This document shows, piece after piece, positions 11,471-23,274 of a DNA stretch of 64,000 nucleotides; position 1 is the stretch's first letter; the number at the start of each line of letters is the position of its first letter. Location: positions 106,754,748 through 106,818,747 of the forward strand of contig NC_083407.1 in assembly GCF_020745735.1 (NCBI RefSeq), given 5' to 3'. The notes under the pieces are model-generated. The model was not told where the DNA came from. It searched no databases and saw only the letters and a program-made list of their open reading frames with translations. A program made the translations under genes and the position numbers. The stretch comes from Hemiscyllium ocellatum. Its lineage: Eukaryota.

Positions 11471-14089
11471 CTATAACAATGAATCAATCACAATTATTAC
11501 ATAGCACATAAAATGTGAATGACAAACAGACAGTCATTAAATAATAGACATGGAAGGATCAAACAATATTGGCTGGCAAACTCATAGTGCCTGAAAGACA
11601 ACATCAAACTAAATATGCTACAACTGCATGCAATTCCTGTCTGCAATGCTTGAGCTTCCCATTTCATACATGGTCTGCCAATATAAGGCTTTGAAAAGTC
11701 TAAGAACAGCGCCTCCAGTGAGGAATAAAAATTGTTATTATTTGTTTTGTAAGCATGTTATGCTGTAATAAGAGTTGACAGGAAATCATGCAAATATAAA
11801 GCTTTTAATAAATATGGATATATCTAACCTCGGAGGCATTGTGATATGCAAACATGTGGATTAATAAGTAAAGTGACTGAATATAAATTTTATAACTTAA
11901 ATTATCTGGACACTCATTTGAAATTCATTTTACCTTAAAGGATGCCACACGGGACTTCTGCTGGATTGGTCATCAAAAGAACTAATTTTAATATTCTTAA
12001 AATTAATCTCATTGAACCTTCAATAAAAGTAGGCTTTAACAAACAATTCAATGAGGAACAATTTTACTCAAAAAAAATCAAAAAGTAAGAGGGAACAGAT
12101 GAACTAATTTTCAAAAGAAACTAATGTGATGCAAGAAAAAATATTTTCACACAGAGTTAGGGTTTGGAAGCAATACCTCAAAGTGTGGTGGCTGCAGGTT
12201 CACCTGAAATATTCCGAATGTTTCTATTCACAAAATCATATACCAATGTGCAGGATTACAGAAAAAAAGATAGGAGGATGGCACTAATTCAACATGCTCA
12301 GTTGGAGAGCAAGTGCAAATATGATGGGCTGAATGCCCTCTTTCTGCATTGTAATCATTCTGTGATTTTGTGAACTCTACAGTAATTCTTTGAGCTATGC
12401 CTTTGTCTTGTCATTCTCTGTTAGTTTCATTATAAAAACATTTATCTCTGATATTCCTTCAAAGATTGTACAATTTCACTCAGTACAAATTCTTGACTTT
12501 CTTTTTCCTCTTACTCGAGTGCTTCCCTCCAAACACTCCACACCCTTCCAAAGCACCCTCAGGTGATTCGTACAGTTGCTGTTTGGAGAACTCTGGCAGC
12601 AAGTTAGTAGCTGAGAATTCTCCTTTAGGCTAGAGAGAGAATGCAAGTGTCCATGTGTTTGGTTCAACTGATGGAGCAGTTCAAGCAGTGCATTCACCAG
12701 GCAGGCACCTCAGATCTAACAATGTTCCTGCACTCTGAGGCACCATACAGAAGCAACATTCTGGGAATGCCTTGTAAAGAGATAAACTCTCACAACTTGT
12801 AATAAAGGACAGCAAACACAAGAACAGGAGTCAAATATTGAGCCCCTCAAGCCAATTCTACCACCTACTTTATTAATAAAAAAGATTTGTACTCGAAATC
12901 TCCAAACACACAACTTAGTTCTATCATCCCTACTCAACAAAAAAAATGACCTGTCAATTTCAAACATTCAAATGCCACAAAGCCGCTAGAACTTCTGTGG
13001 AGGGAGAGTTCCAAAGTCCCACTACTTTGCATGAAGCACATCTTGATATCATCCCTGAATGACCCAGCTCTAATGTTACAGCTGTGAGCCAAGTCCTTCT
13101 GGATGTTTCCATCAGAAGAAATATATTCTAACATCTCAAACTCTTTAATCAGCTACAATTGTCCATAAGATCAGTCCCTTTCTCTTCTATAGCCATGGGA
13201 ACGCATTGCATCATAATTTGATATGCTTTAGAAACTGGTGGAATTTATTTAATTTAATGGATACATGACATATTGCAATAACAGATGATTTAACATTATT
13301 GCCACAAATAGGATAAGCTTAACACAAACATTAAATGGAACCTTCAAAGTATTCTGCCCTTAGTGTATTTTGTTTATTATTTGGCCTTAAATTATATTCT
13401 CAACACTCTCACAAAGCAAACAGCTGGTGTGAACAGTTAACTTTTATCTCCTCCTGAACCAAGTTAACAATTAAATGATGAAGACTTGCCAGCAAATTTA
13501 TTCCTAAGGCAGCAGGCAATTCCTTGGTCAGTAGCCATCAGCTGTGTGGAAGGGATAAAACTTTCATACCTGCCTCTAAGAGATCTTCAATTCTGAATAC
13601 TACATTGCAGCTCATGTTGAAATAAGCACCTTAGGATCCCACAATCAAAACTTCGTTTGTAAGCTGCAAAATGGAGATTATCTGCGATTTGATATTATTG
13701 ACAAAAGTACTCCAATTTTTTTTATTTAGGAGGTACAACATACAATAACTTTTGGATTAATTTTATGTACCCATTCCACTTTTACTTTTAATAAATCTGA
13801 TTTTATTTATAGTACAAGGCTCACTGTCCACAGGGTTTGTTCAAAATAGCATGGAAACAGGAGGATTTAGCAGTGAACATCTTCGAGTAAAATAACTTTG
13901 GTCTGATACCTAGACAGTACTGCATTGCCAGATATAATACAGTTCCAAGGAGAATGAAGGTCATCTATAGGCATGGAACACAAGTAAAACTGATGGAAGC
14001 CACAAGAATTATAACATCTATCCCCTATTACATCTTCACTCATGGAAGCAAGGACTTTTCACATTCGTTATTATCATTATCAGTGATAC

Positions 14090-14171
14090 CTGGAGATCAC
14101 ATTCCCCTCCTTGATCACAGATGGGACAATCCAATGGGTGATTAGCCAGCAGAAACTCCATCACACCTTCC
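14090..14171 (-). CDS. NDUFS1: NDUFS1 coding exon 6 (82 nt)
   Basis: [27 protein letters not shown] (HxxxCxxCxxxxxC Fe-S motif); AG/GT boundaries. Confidence 0.97.
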
Positions 14172-14929
14172 CTATTAAGACAAAACAAAAATGAAGCACA
14201 ATAACTAGATTCAATAATACACAAGGTAATGAAGGTCAAATCTTTTGTTGCACAATGAACACTGAATGTTCCACTAAGATACAAAGCATCAGTGAAACTT
14301 GTTAGGTCTCCAGAGTGCACGGTATCTATCTTACCAATACCGTTCAATCCAAACCAAAACCTTATATTTAGTCTTCTGGAAAGCATTCACATTGTATTTC
14401 TCCTTCCTGAAAGTTACTTTTCCTTCCCGCCATCCCAAGAACTTCTCAAGTTTTCACAAAACTTGGCAAGTTACATCAAAAATCAGTTTGACAATTTATT
14501 TCATTAATAACTGGTACTGATTGCCTTTGAACAGTACAAAAAAATGGTTCTTTCAGTTTATTTTAAATAAAGCAATTTGGGTTTTACATAAAGTAATCTA
14601 ATCTACAAAAGGCTTCCATACATCGGAATGGGAGTAGACTATTCAGACTGCCTTAATACCACTTTTTCACACTGTCACCACAAGCTTCGATGAGTCTTCA
14701 GTGATCTATTGCTTTATGTCTTGAATATGCTGGTTGATATGAGCTTCAGCAGCCCTTTGGGCTAGAAGGATCCACAGATTCACAAGTTTCCAAGTGCAGA
14801 GGAGTTTCTTCATCTCTTTAACCCTTATTCTGAAATTATGAGCCCCAAGTTTGTATACTCAACAGCCAGGAGAAATATCCCATCCACACTCACTTCACCA
14901 TATACTGCAAGAACTTTTCCGTTTTGCAT

Positions 14930-15057
14930 CCTTAATCCTATCCTTTTCCTAACCATAACTACCCACCTCCAATTCTGAACCCTAACCCATGTATACAACC
15001 ACAACCACTAAGCCGAAATCCTACTCTTAACCACTGAATGTAACCCATATCTCCTAG
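14930..15057. repeat. Degenerate (CCCTAA)n-like low-complexity tract
   Basis: Repeated CCTAAC/TAACCC/CAACC/TAACCA units over about 130 bp. Confidence 0.45.
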
Positions 15058-15140
15058 TTAAAAATCACAACACCAGATTATAGTCCAGTAGGTTTATTTG
15101 GAAGCACTAGCTTTCAGAGCCCTGCTCCTTCATCAGGTGA
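15058..15140 (-). mobile_element. Penelope-like pLTR fragment carrying a minimal hammerhead ribozyme motif (15105-15139)
   Basis: Minus strand CAC-CTGATGA-A-GGAGC-AGG-GCTCT-GAAA-GC-TA-GTG; same family as 27152-27300. Confidence 0.75.
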
Positions 15141-15144
15141 GTCC

Positions 15145-16800
15145 CACTCTCCAACCTTTTCTTTGCAGCCCTTTAACTTCATCATTTTGAAGGATAAATC
15201 TAGCTCTCTTTTGAATTCTCCTATGGAATCCAACACCACCACCCTCCTAGGCAGCACACTGCAAATCCTAACAACTCTGAGTGAAGAAGTTTCTCCTCAT
15301 TTCACTCCTAGCTCTCTTGCTGACAATTTTGAAATTGTGAACCACAGTTACTGACATATCAAATAGTGGAAACAGAATATCCTTCTTTACCCTTTCAAAG
15401 TGTTCCTAATTTTGAACCTCAAGGTGGTCACCCCTTAAACTTCTCTGCTCAAAAGAGAATAAGCCCAATCTCTCTAATCTGTCCTTATGTTGAAAATTAT
15501 TCATTCCTGATAGAATTCTCGTAAATCTTCTTTGAACTTCCTCCAGTGCTTTAACATCCTTCTTAAATAAGTTGTCCAGAACTGAACACAGTACTCAAAT
15601 ATGGTCTGACCAATGATTTATACAGGTGTAGTATCACTTCCTTGTAATTGTACTCAATCTCCATTTAAAATGCAAAGATTCTAAAAGCCTTCTGAACCAC
15701 AGTTTTCACTGTCTGGCTACCTTTACAGAATTGTGTAGGTAAACTATGAGGTCCCTCTGCTCCTGTACTCCACTCAAAGTTAGACCATTGAGCAAGTATT
15801 GTCTCTCTGTTTCTTCTACTAAAATGCATTACGTTACATTTTTCTACATTGAAATTCATTTACCAGGTGTCTAACATTTGGCAAACGTATCAATGGCCCT
15901 CTAAAGGTGCTCAGCATCATCCTCACAATTCACTATACTCCTGAGTTTAAATACATCTGCAAATTTAGAGATTGTTCCCTCAACACCCAAACGGTTTACA
16001 TAAATCAGAAAAAGCAAGGGTCCCAACACTGAACCCTGAAGTACACCATTTCAACTCATCTCCCATTTGAGAAATGCCCATCAATACCTATCCCAGTTTC
16101 CTATCTTTTAGCCAATTTTTGATCCATGTTGCCAAGGACCCATCAATCCTAAATATATCTAATTTGCTAAAATATGCCATGTGGCGGCTTATCAAATGCT
16201 TTCTGAATGTCCAAATATATAACATCCACAGCACCAACCTCTTCCATTGCCTGTGTCAACTTGTCAAAGAATTCAATCAAAATTTGTCAGACATGACCTG
16301 TGGTGGATAATACCAAGTTTACTGCCTAGTATTAATTTTTCATTTTAAAAGTGTATATTTACCCTGATCCCATTTTACAGTTTCCATCAGTTTTCCCACT
16401 ATTGATACCAAGCTGATAGGCCCGTGGTCTGCTGTGGTATCCTTTATCCATTTCTTAAATAATGGTGCCATATTTTCAATCCTCCAACTTCCAGGACTAA
16501 TCCTGTGTTCCAGGGAGGCCTGGAAATGCTCTGTCAATGGCTCCACAATTTCCTCCTTTAACTCTCTCAACAATTGAGGATGCATTTTATCTCAGCCTGG
16601 CAACTTCTCCAACAGGAGTGCTGCCAGCCTTTTCAGCACGTCGTCTTTATCACTATACTGTTCAGTTGCTGAACACACATTTTTGACGAGGCCATTGTCA
16701 CCTTTTTCTAGAAGCAAAAATATTCATTTAGGACCACGATCATATCCTATGTTTCAGTAAGTAGCTTGTTCCTTGTAGCTCCTCCTCTGTCCTTCACTAA
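15145..16800 (-). mobile_element. Old, diverged CR1-type LINE
   Basis: ORF-track peptides MNFNVEKCNVMHF and HPQLLRELKEEIVEPL...APLFKK...PISLVSIVGKLME. Confidence 0.85.
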
Positions 16801-17213
16801 TCTTTTACTATTAATATGCTTAAAGAACACCATGTGTTCAATTCCAATACCAGCTGAGGTTACCATGAAGGATTCTCCTTCTCAGCCTCTGTCCTCACCG
16901 GAGGTGTGATCACTCTCAGACTAAAATGCCATCAGTTGTCTCTCTCTAATGAACAGCTCTGTAGTGTGGTAAGAATATGGCAACTTTACCTTTACTGAGG
17001 ACATTTAAACTTTTCTGCACCTTAGAATTCCAGTCAATCTCCTTTGAAATAATACTTAGCTTTTCATTTTCCTGCCAAAATGACCAACTTCCCATATTTC
17101 TCCATTTGCCAGACTTTTGCCCACACAAACTACCCTATCGATATGCATCTATAACCCATTTGTCTTTATCACAACATGCTTTCTAACTAATCTTGGTATC
17201 AGTACAAATAAGC

Positions 17214-17533
17214 GGGTGGCACGGTGGCACAGTGGTTAGCACTGCTGCCTCACAGCGCCTGAAGACCCGGGTTCAATTCCCGACTCAGGCGACTGACTGT
17301 GTGGAGTTTGCACGTTCTCCCCGTGTCTGCGTGGGTTTCCTCCGGGTGCTCCGGTTTCCTCCCACAGTCCAAAGATGTGCGGGTCAGGTGAATTGGCCAT
17401 GCTAAATTGCCCGTAGTGTTAGGTAAGGGGTAATGTAGGGGTATGGGTGGGTTTCGCTTCGGCGGGTCGGTGTGGACTTGTTGGGCCGAAGGGCCTGTTT
17501 CCACACTGTAAGTCTAATCTAATCTAAAAAAAA
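17214..17533 (+). mobile_element. HE1-type V-SINE, young full-length copy
   Basis: tRNA head GGTGGCACAGTGGTTAGCAC...GGTTCAATTCC, V-domain GTGGGTTTCCTCCGGGTGCTCCGGTTTCCTCCCACA, CR1-like tail ending (TCTAA)n. Confidence 0.93.
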
Positions 17534-17719
17534 TTAATCACCATGTCTTTGCTCCTCTTATTAAACACTAACCCCAAAAACAATAATCCTAAATTGTCTG
17601 CTGCCTAGAGAAATTCTTGCACAAAAGGAAATTGAAGACGGGACTTGACATCAGTTTTCCCTTTACAGATACTGCCAAACCTGTTGAGTTCCTCCAGCAA
17701 TTTCCGTTCTGACTGGTTA

Positions 17720-17839
<120 letters not shown>

Positions 17840-17892
17840 TCAGAACAATTTATCAGAACAATAGCAGTATGTTTAACCAGAAAGTAACTCAC

Positions 17893-18518
17893 ATTTGATA
17901 TGCTTTCCTTAATTGGTCAGAGTATTGGGTACAGGAGTTAGGAGGTCATGTTGCGACTGTACAGGACATTGGTTAGGCCACTTTGGAATACTGCATGCAA
18001 TTCTGGTCTCCTTCCTATTGGAAGGATGTTGTGAAACTTGTGAATACTTTCTGAACCCTTTCAAAGATGTTGGAGGATTTGAGTGAAAGGGAGAGGCTGA
18101 ATATGCTGGGGCTATTTTCCCTGAAGCGTCAGAGACTGAGGGGTGACCTTATACAGGTTTATAAAATCATGAGGGGCATGGATAGGGGAAATAGACAAGG
18201 TCTTTTCCCTGGGGTGGAGGAATCCAGAACTAGAGGGCATAGGTTCAGGGTGAGAAGGGAAAGATATAGAAGAGACTGAACAGACAACTTATTCACGCAG
18301 AGTGTGTATGTGTGTGGAATGGGCTGCCAGGTGGTGGTGGTGGAGACTAGTACAATTGCAACATTTAAAAGGCATTTGGATGGGTATATGAATAGAAAGG
18401 GTTTGGAGGAATATGGGCCGGGTGCTCGCAGGCAGGGCCGGCTTGAGTTGGGATATCTGGTCGGCACGGACGAGCTGAACCGAAGGGTCTGTTTCCATGC
18501 TGTACATCTATGACTCTA
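17893..18518 (+). mobile_element. CR1 3' fragment with a micro-inversion
   Basis: RLRGDLIQVYKIMRG...RTRGHRFRV; tail CTATGACTCTA. Confidence 0.92.
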
Positions 18519-19023
18519 TTGGCGATTTGATACAAGTATATATAGTTTCAGAAATTACAATTAACTTCAACTTTTCAGGAATATGAACAGGTTTTAAATG
18601 GATACTTCTTCTTTCGTCAAAAGTGTGCAGTGCCTCACCTCCGACAGCACTGTATTGATAAAGGTGACAATTCTGCACGTTTACATGTTAAAAGGTAAAG
18701 AAAATGTTCAGGCATGAGAGATGGAGAGAAATTAAAAGACAAATGCTATCACTTCAGATGCAGCACTGGAACGACACATTGAATGACTTTCTACAACACT
18801 AAATGTGCTGTATTTTTCAGTTGCCTCACCACCACTCTTTCACATATCCCAATAATAAAGAAACCCTTCCACACAGCTCATTGAATGTGGGAAAGTCATT
18901 ATTCCTGGGACAAAAACCATCTTACTAAAGTATGCAATATCATGACAATAAAATTTACTTCACAATACCATCACTTTTCATTGCCCATCTTTTCCAACTT
19001 GTTTACACAATTAGGAATCATTA

Positions 19024-19161
<138 letters not shown>

Positions 19162-19426
19162 TCAGAAGCAACAATGGGTTGGTCACATAAAATGGAAAAT
19201 AACTCAAGAATTTATCTTTCACTGGCAAGCGTTCTTGTAGCATGGGGAGAACTGCTTACCTAATGAGTCGATGGATACCTGGATTATGTAACATGGCACG
19301 GAGATAAAGGAACAGTTGCCATCGTCCTACCAGACCAAAGGCCACACTCTCATTACACAGAAACTACTGGTGTGGTTTCACCAAAGGGTGACCACGCTCC
19401 AGGTGAGGACAGAGGTCGAGAAGGAG

Positions 19427-19729
19427 CGGTGGCACAGTGGTTAGCACTGCTGCCTCACAGCAACAGAGACCTGGGTTCAATTCCCGACTCAGGCGACTGA
19501 CTGTGTAGAGTTTGCACATTCTCCCCGTGTCTGTGTGGGTTTCCTCCGGGTGCTCCGGTTTCCTCCCACGCTCCAAAGATGTGCGGGTCAGGTGAATTGG
19601 CCATGCTAAATTGCCCGTAGTGTTAGGTAAGGGGTAAATGTCGGGGTATGGGTGGGTTGCGCTTCGGCGGGTCGGTGTGGACTTGTTGGGCCGAGGGGCC
19701 TGTTTCCACACTGTAAGTAATCTAATCTA
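19427..19729 (+). mobile_element. HE1-type V-SINE nested in an older SINE, 6-bp TSD AAGGAG
   Basis: Near-identical to the 17214 copy; AAGGAG at 19421-19426 and 19730-19735. Confidence 0.92.
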
Positions 19730-20673
19730 AAGGAGGGTCCTTCATAGTAACCTCAACCAGTGTAGGAATTGAACCCATGCTGTTGATGTCACCCTGCATT
19801 GCAAACCAGCCATCCAGTCAAGTGAGCTAAGAAACTCTTGTATTGCCAGTTGATCTCAGAAGAGGTACCACAACTGGCTGAGCAATCTTTTAGTCTCTAC
19901 TCCTTATATTGAAAGCTCATAAACTGGCGAAACTAAGGTAAATATAGAGAAATGCTGTTTCTCTTAGCGTCTTGAAAATTTCAATCACATCTTTCTACAA
20001 CTTTTCAAACATGAGACAATACCATCTGGTTTATGCAATCTGTCCTCAAAATTTAACCAATGGGAATCCAGCAATATTTTGGCAAGTCGAAACGATAACC
20101 CATCCAAGATCAATAATATCAATGTTGGCTCTGACATCTAATACTATAGGCAAACCTCTCAATGATGATGCCCCATTAATATGAAGACTTGTAGAACATG
20201 AAACAATTATTTCAATTGAAATCAGCACAAGCTCAACAAGGATTAACATTAATAGTTGTGACATTTCTCATCTTGAGGAAACTAAAAAAGCAGAAGAGTT
20301 CAAGCTGAATTGTGTATATATATTTGTCATTTATAATTAAATTTACTTCAATTGTGCTTGTATCCAATTTATTCATGATCAATGTGGTGGACTCTTAACT
20401 GCCCTCTGGGCAATTAGGGATGGGCAATAAATGCTGACCCAGGCAGAGATGCCCTTAACCTGTGAATGAATAATAAAAAAAATCATTCTGCGCTATAAGC
20501 AACATCAATTAGATTTCTTGGTATAAGAATTTAAGAAGGAAAAACAGCACTCCAGGACAATTGGCTACAGCAGCAAGAGTATGCCAATTCTTGATGTACT
20601 AGCCAATAACAGAGAAAGCAGCAACTCCAACTGCAAACACTGAATTGGTGAGCGACCTGTCAAACCCCAACAG

Positions 20674-20993
20674 GAGTGGCATGGTGGCTCAGTGGTTAGC
20701 ACTGCTGCCTCACAGCCCAGGGACCCAGGTTTGATTGCTGCCTCAGGTGACTGTCTGCATGGAGTTTGCACATTCTCCCGGTGTCTGTGCGGGTTTCCTC
20801 CAGGTGCTCCGGTTTCCTCCCACAATCCAAAAGATGTGCTGGTGAACTGGCCATGCTAAATTGACCAGAGTGTTAGGTGCATTAGTCAGGGGTAAATATA
20901 GGGTACGGGAATGGATCTGAGCAGGTTACTCGTCAGTGTGGACTTGGTGGGCTGAAGGGCCTGTTCCATCCTTAAGGAATCGAATCTCATCTA
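20674..20993 (+). mobile_element. HE1-type V-SINE, older copy
   Basis: Same head, V-domain and tail with more substitutions. Confidence 0.88.
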
Positions 20994-21730
20994 AACTTAT
21001 CAATATAGCCTTCCAAAAGTGGTGTCCAGAAATGAACTCAGTACTCCAGATGTTAACCACAACAAAGTACTCCTGAAGCACAAATTTTCCTCTCTTTTAG
21101 GTAGCCATCTCAGTTTAAAGCTGATAAGTCTATTGGCCTTCTTGACTACTTGCTGTACATCTCCATGACATTCTAATAATCCAGGTTTACAGAACTCTAC
21201 TGGTTCTAACGTTTCACCAATTGAAGGAATACGGTGATCTATCCTTCATAATTCCATATTGGACTTCCTCACACTTTTTTAATACATCTTTGCTCATATT
21301 TAGATCATCAATACCTCTAACTGTACACTTCCAGTTCCACTGTTTACAAAGATACCAAACTTTGTGCCACAAGCTCAGCTTGATATCTGGCTCTCTCCCA
21401 CTTAATGCACTGATACCTAACAGAGAAACAAGAGCAGCCATCTTTCAGTCCATAGGTCACAGACAATACTTTTGCCCCATTATTCTGGTTAAAGCCCAGC
21501 AACTCGGGTCCTATTTGTGGCTTGCAAGATTTGGACACTCTAGGAACACAGGATTTAAACAAGAATAAATATTGGCATTATGCTTAATACCCAAAGGCTC
21601 ATTCACTTGAGTAATTTAATTTGAAACTCAGCTTCCTCTTCTGCTCAAAGAAATCATCATAGAATCCCTACAGGGATCACTGCAGCAATGTCCTCTTAAC
21701 CCTTTCCAGCATGGCCCAGGTCTAAATTCA

Positions 21731-21880
<150 letters not shown>

Positions 21881-22790
21881 CTACCTGCAAGAAAATATTA
21901 TAAAAACATGAATAAATAAAGTAACTTGGTAAAGTTATATTTTAGGATGGCAGTGCACAAGTGAATGATACATTTCCTTTCTGTTACTTGAGCAGTGTTT
22001 TCCAAACAACGGCACTGCTAGCAGGTGACTGAGCTGAGGTCAGGGTGGGCCGGGCTGTGGTGTGGCATGGCAAATTGGACAAAATGTATAGAAATACACA
22101 GTTTGAGTATCTGAAATCCGAATATCTAAATCCTCGAGATGCTCATTGGAGATAATCTCCTTTGATTGTCACTTCAATGAGAAGCTTACTTGATGGAAAA
22201 ACTGATTTAAGTCCTACATGTGCCATAACTCTTGAGAACCATTAATATTATAATTCAAAAATTTGGTGTGAAAGTTGAGTGCAGAAAACAGACACTGCTA
22301 GCAACAAGATGTGTAACAAAGTAAGAAAAGAGCATTCCCAGAGTTCAGAAATATTCAACTCTATAGGGGATTCAGTATTATTAAACTTAAACTGCAACAG
22401 AATGAGACAGAAAGAAGAAAAATAAGGAGTCAAAAATCTCCATACATCTTTGTGCAATTAAGACAAAACCAAAAAGGTTTCATTGATGCAATTCAGACCT
22501 TGCCAGCTAGTCTGGTTGGTATATGATGCAGACCCATACAACGTGACGACACTGAAAGATCACGGATGGTGCAAGCAAACCATTAGTTATAACTGCTGAT
22601 CGCTATCTTCACAGGAAATGAGGGGGAGTCAATAAAATTGGTCAGGCCAGCAAAGCCAAAATCCATAGGACAAAACAATGAGAAATTAGCTTTTACTTAT
22701 TTTAGCTCAAGCAACACAAAAACGATCTTGTAAAGGTCCACACGAAATCCTTGTAAGGTCAAACATTGTTGATCACAGCACTTTCCGTAC

Positions 22791-22872
22791 CATTGTTTTT
22801 TGCTCCCAGGATATCTTTGGCAGACTGGGAAGCGCCTGTTAATGCCTTGCGAAGCACAGGTAATCGCAGCAT
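22791..22872 (-). CDS. NDUFS1: NDUFS1 first coding exon (exon 2, acceptor at 22881, ATG at 22872); mitochondrial presequence
   Basis: MLRLPVLRKALTGASQSAKDILGAKNN plus phase-1 G joining in frame to exon 3; polypyrimidine tract and CAG acceptor 9 nt upstream of the ATG. Confidence 0.93.
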
Positions 22873-23274
22873 GATTGTGACCTGCATAAAGAGAGAGAGT
22901 ATTCAGTTAATGGTTACAGGTGTTGTCAAGACTGTATTATACTAGTATGGGAAAATTAATGCAAAGCCCCATACAGGAACTCTTTATCCAAAGCATATTG
23001 TTTCAGATAAGTGCCATGAGTGGAACCATGTTCCTTTGTCACTCTTGAAGACTCCCACTCTCATCATAGCTGACTGTGTCAGCAACAAAAATCTTGAAGA
23101 ATCGGAAGCTGAAAGATTCTAAGACTCAATACATCACTGAAAGATAGCAAATCTGATTGTGTTATTCAACGGAAGCTGGTTATTGAGAAAACCTGGATGA
23201 GCAACTGAAACAATTCATACATTATGATGTAGGAGAAAGTGAGGACTGGAGATGATGGAGATCAGAGCCGAAAA

